From Bacteroides phage BX788P2: 7,463 nt of DNA. Shown here in pieces: positions 6,644 through 7,463 of this stretch; the first letter of the stretch is position 1, and every line of letters starts with the position of its first letter. Below the pieces are notes generated by a model. The model was not told where the DNA came from. It ran no database searches and worked only from the letters and a program-made list of their open reading frames with translations. The stretch lies in the sequence record OP172751.1, one strand, 5' to 3'. A program made the position numbers and the translations under genes.

Positions 6644-7463
6644 ATGGCTTTTACATTTACAGACCTTAACAGATTAAACCTCAACTCATTAAACGAGGTT
6701 ATTTCCTTAACCGTAGGACTTGCCGGCGAAATCGCACAAGGCATCACAGTAATGAACGGTATCCCTAACGGTACACCCGTCGTTTCCCTTACAGCAGCTG
6801 ACAAGGCATTGCGCAAATCAGCAGGATGTAACGGTGAATACTTTTACAATAGCGTAGCCAACAAGGTTAAGTATTACCAACATGCACCCATCGAACTGCC
6901 TATCGAGATTTGCTTGCAAAGCTTGTGGGGTAAGATGGTTGCAAAGGGTATCAACCTTGATGACAACTTCTCTGAAACCGAATTGGCTGGTTTTATACAG
7001 TCCGAAGTGTTGAAGGTATTGGAAGCTGACTTGCTTCGTTTGGCTTGGTTGGACGGCAACGTATCGGTAGGAGCAACTGGTTACGGTATCTTCACTAATG
7101 GCGGTATTATCAAGCAGTTCAAGGACAGCACAATGACTGAAAACGTTTTGGTTCTCGATACTAACGGCGTTCTCGCTGCATTGCGTGGTGCTATTGACGC
7201 ACAACGCCCCGATACACTGGACAACTCTGAGTTCTTCGTTACGTCTAACGTTATGCGCTTGTACAAGAACTTGTTGCAGACACGTGATAACAGCGTAGCA
7301 CAGTCCGATATCGTTGACGGTCGCCCGGTGTATTACTTCGAGGGTTACAAGATTAACGAATTGAGACACGTTTCTAACGCAGCTACCGTTGACGGTTTGG
7401 ACACCGCGTTTATCGCGTTCACTCCGAAAGACAATATTCAGATTGCCCTTGAAAGCGCTGGTA
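6644..7463 (+). CDS. Major capsid protein, HK97 fold, P2 gpN-like, no delta domain; 3'-partial (273 codons in window)
   Basis: This ORF is absent from the supplied track. I translated frame 2 codon by codon from the ATG at 6644-6646 to base 7462 and found no stop. An in-frame TAA at 6629-6631 makes this the first possible start. The product begins MAFTFTDLNRLNLNSLNEVISLTVGLAGEIAQGITVMNGIPNGTPVVSLTAADKALRKSAGCNGEYFYNSVANKVKYYQHAPIELPIEICLQSLWGKM...ADLLRLAWLDGNV.... The gene lies 16 nt downstream of the protease-scaffold gene, which is the gpO-gpN order. Blocks such as KYYQHAPIELPIEI...LW and LLRLAWLDGNV resemble gpN KYECDQINFDFYI...LW and LDFIMAGFNGV. It has strongly biased codon usage typical of highly expressed genes and an A-rich leader (aaaaacaaaagatt). 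Confidence 0.8.
   Translation, partial: MAFTFTDLNRLNLNSLNEVISLTVGLAGEIAQGITVMNGIPNGTPVVSLTAADKALRKSAGCNGEYFYNSVANKVKYYQHAPIELPIEICLQSLWGKMVAKGINLDDNFSETELAGFIQSEVLKVLEADLLRLAWLDGNVSVGATGYGIFTNGGIIKQFKDSTMTENVLVLDTNGVLAALRGAIDAQRPDTLDNSEFFVTSNVMRLYKNLLQTRDNSVAQSDIVDGRPVYYFEGYKINELRHVSNAATVDGLDTAFIAFTPKDNIQIALESAG

Noticed and set aside
6818-7369. 183-aa minus-strand ORF from the supplied track, plus the smaller minus-strand ORFs 6628..6816, 6874..7059 and 7081..7266
   Set aside because: All of these lie antisense to the stop-free + strand capsid reading frame (6644..>7463). The + frame has clear capsid-like sequence, strong codon bias and correct synteny after the protease-scaffold gene. The minus-strand products are Cys, Val and Gln-rich with no start context, so they are shadow ORFs.
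1-7463. Search for tRNA or ncRNA genes, CRISPR repeats, IS or transposase ends, att-like repeats, and morons or defence genes between the structural genes
   Set aside because: Apart from the 76-nt gap at 5571..5646, spacing between genes ranges from a 4-nt overlap to a 16-nt gap. I noticed no repeated spacer-repeat periodicity, cloverleaf-like segment or long direct or inverted repeat. Recurrent short strings such as CACGTG (near 2074, 5621 and 7281) occur at chance level.

Overview
The window is a tightly packed block of late structural genes from a tailed phage or prophage, all on the + strand. I support six coding regions. (1) A 5'-truncated neck or tail-completion-like gene (<1..426). (2, 3) Two large beta-rich virion proteins of unknown function (423..1442, 1447..3051). 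(4) An 835-aa tail tape measure protein (3063..5570). (5) A capsid scaffolding serine protease resembling P2 gpO, with a scaffold-like C-terminal half (5647..6627). (6) A 3'-truncated major capsid protein (6644..>7463). The supplied ORF track omits the capsid gene because it has no stop in the window, and shows an antisense shadow ORF (6818..7369) there instead. No start codon has a Shine-Dalgarno sequence, the leaders are A/T-rich, and the only sizeable intergenic gap (5571..5646) holds the window's only + strand TAnnTTTG motif. Together these suggest a Bacteroidota host. I see no tRNA, CRISPR array, transposase, integrase, defence gene or toxin gene. I found no clear-cut new system, only several oddities. 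The tape measure gene is the last gene of its block and directly abuts the head module. The usual frameshifted chaperone pair upstream of the tape measure is replaced by two large unknown proteins. The protease gene has a candidate nested scaffold start. Codon usage shifts sharply into the capsid gene. All homology statements come from my recollection of family motifs, not from searches.
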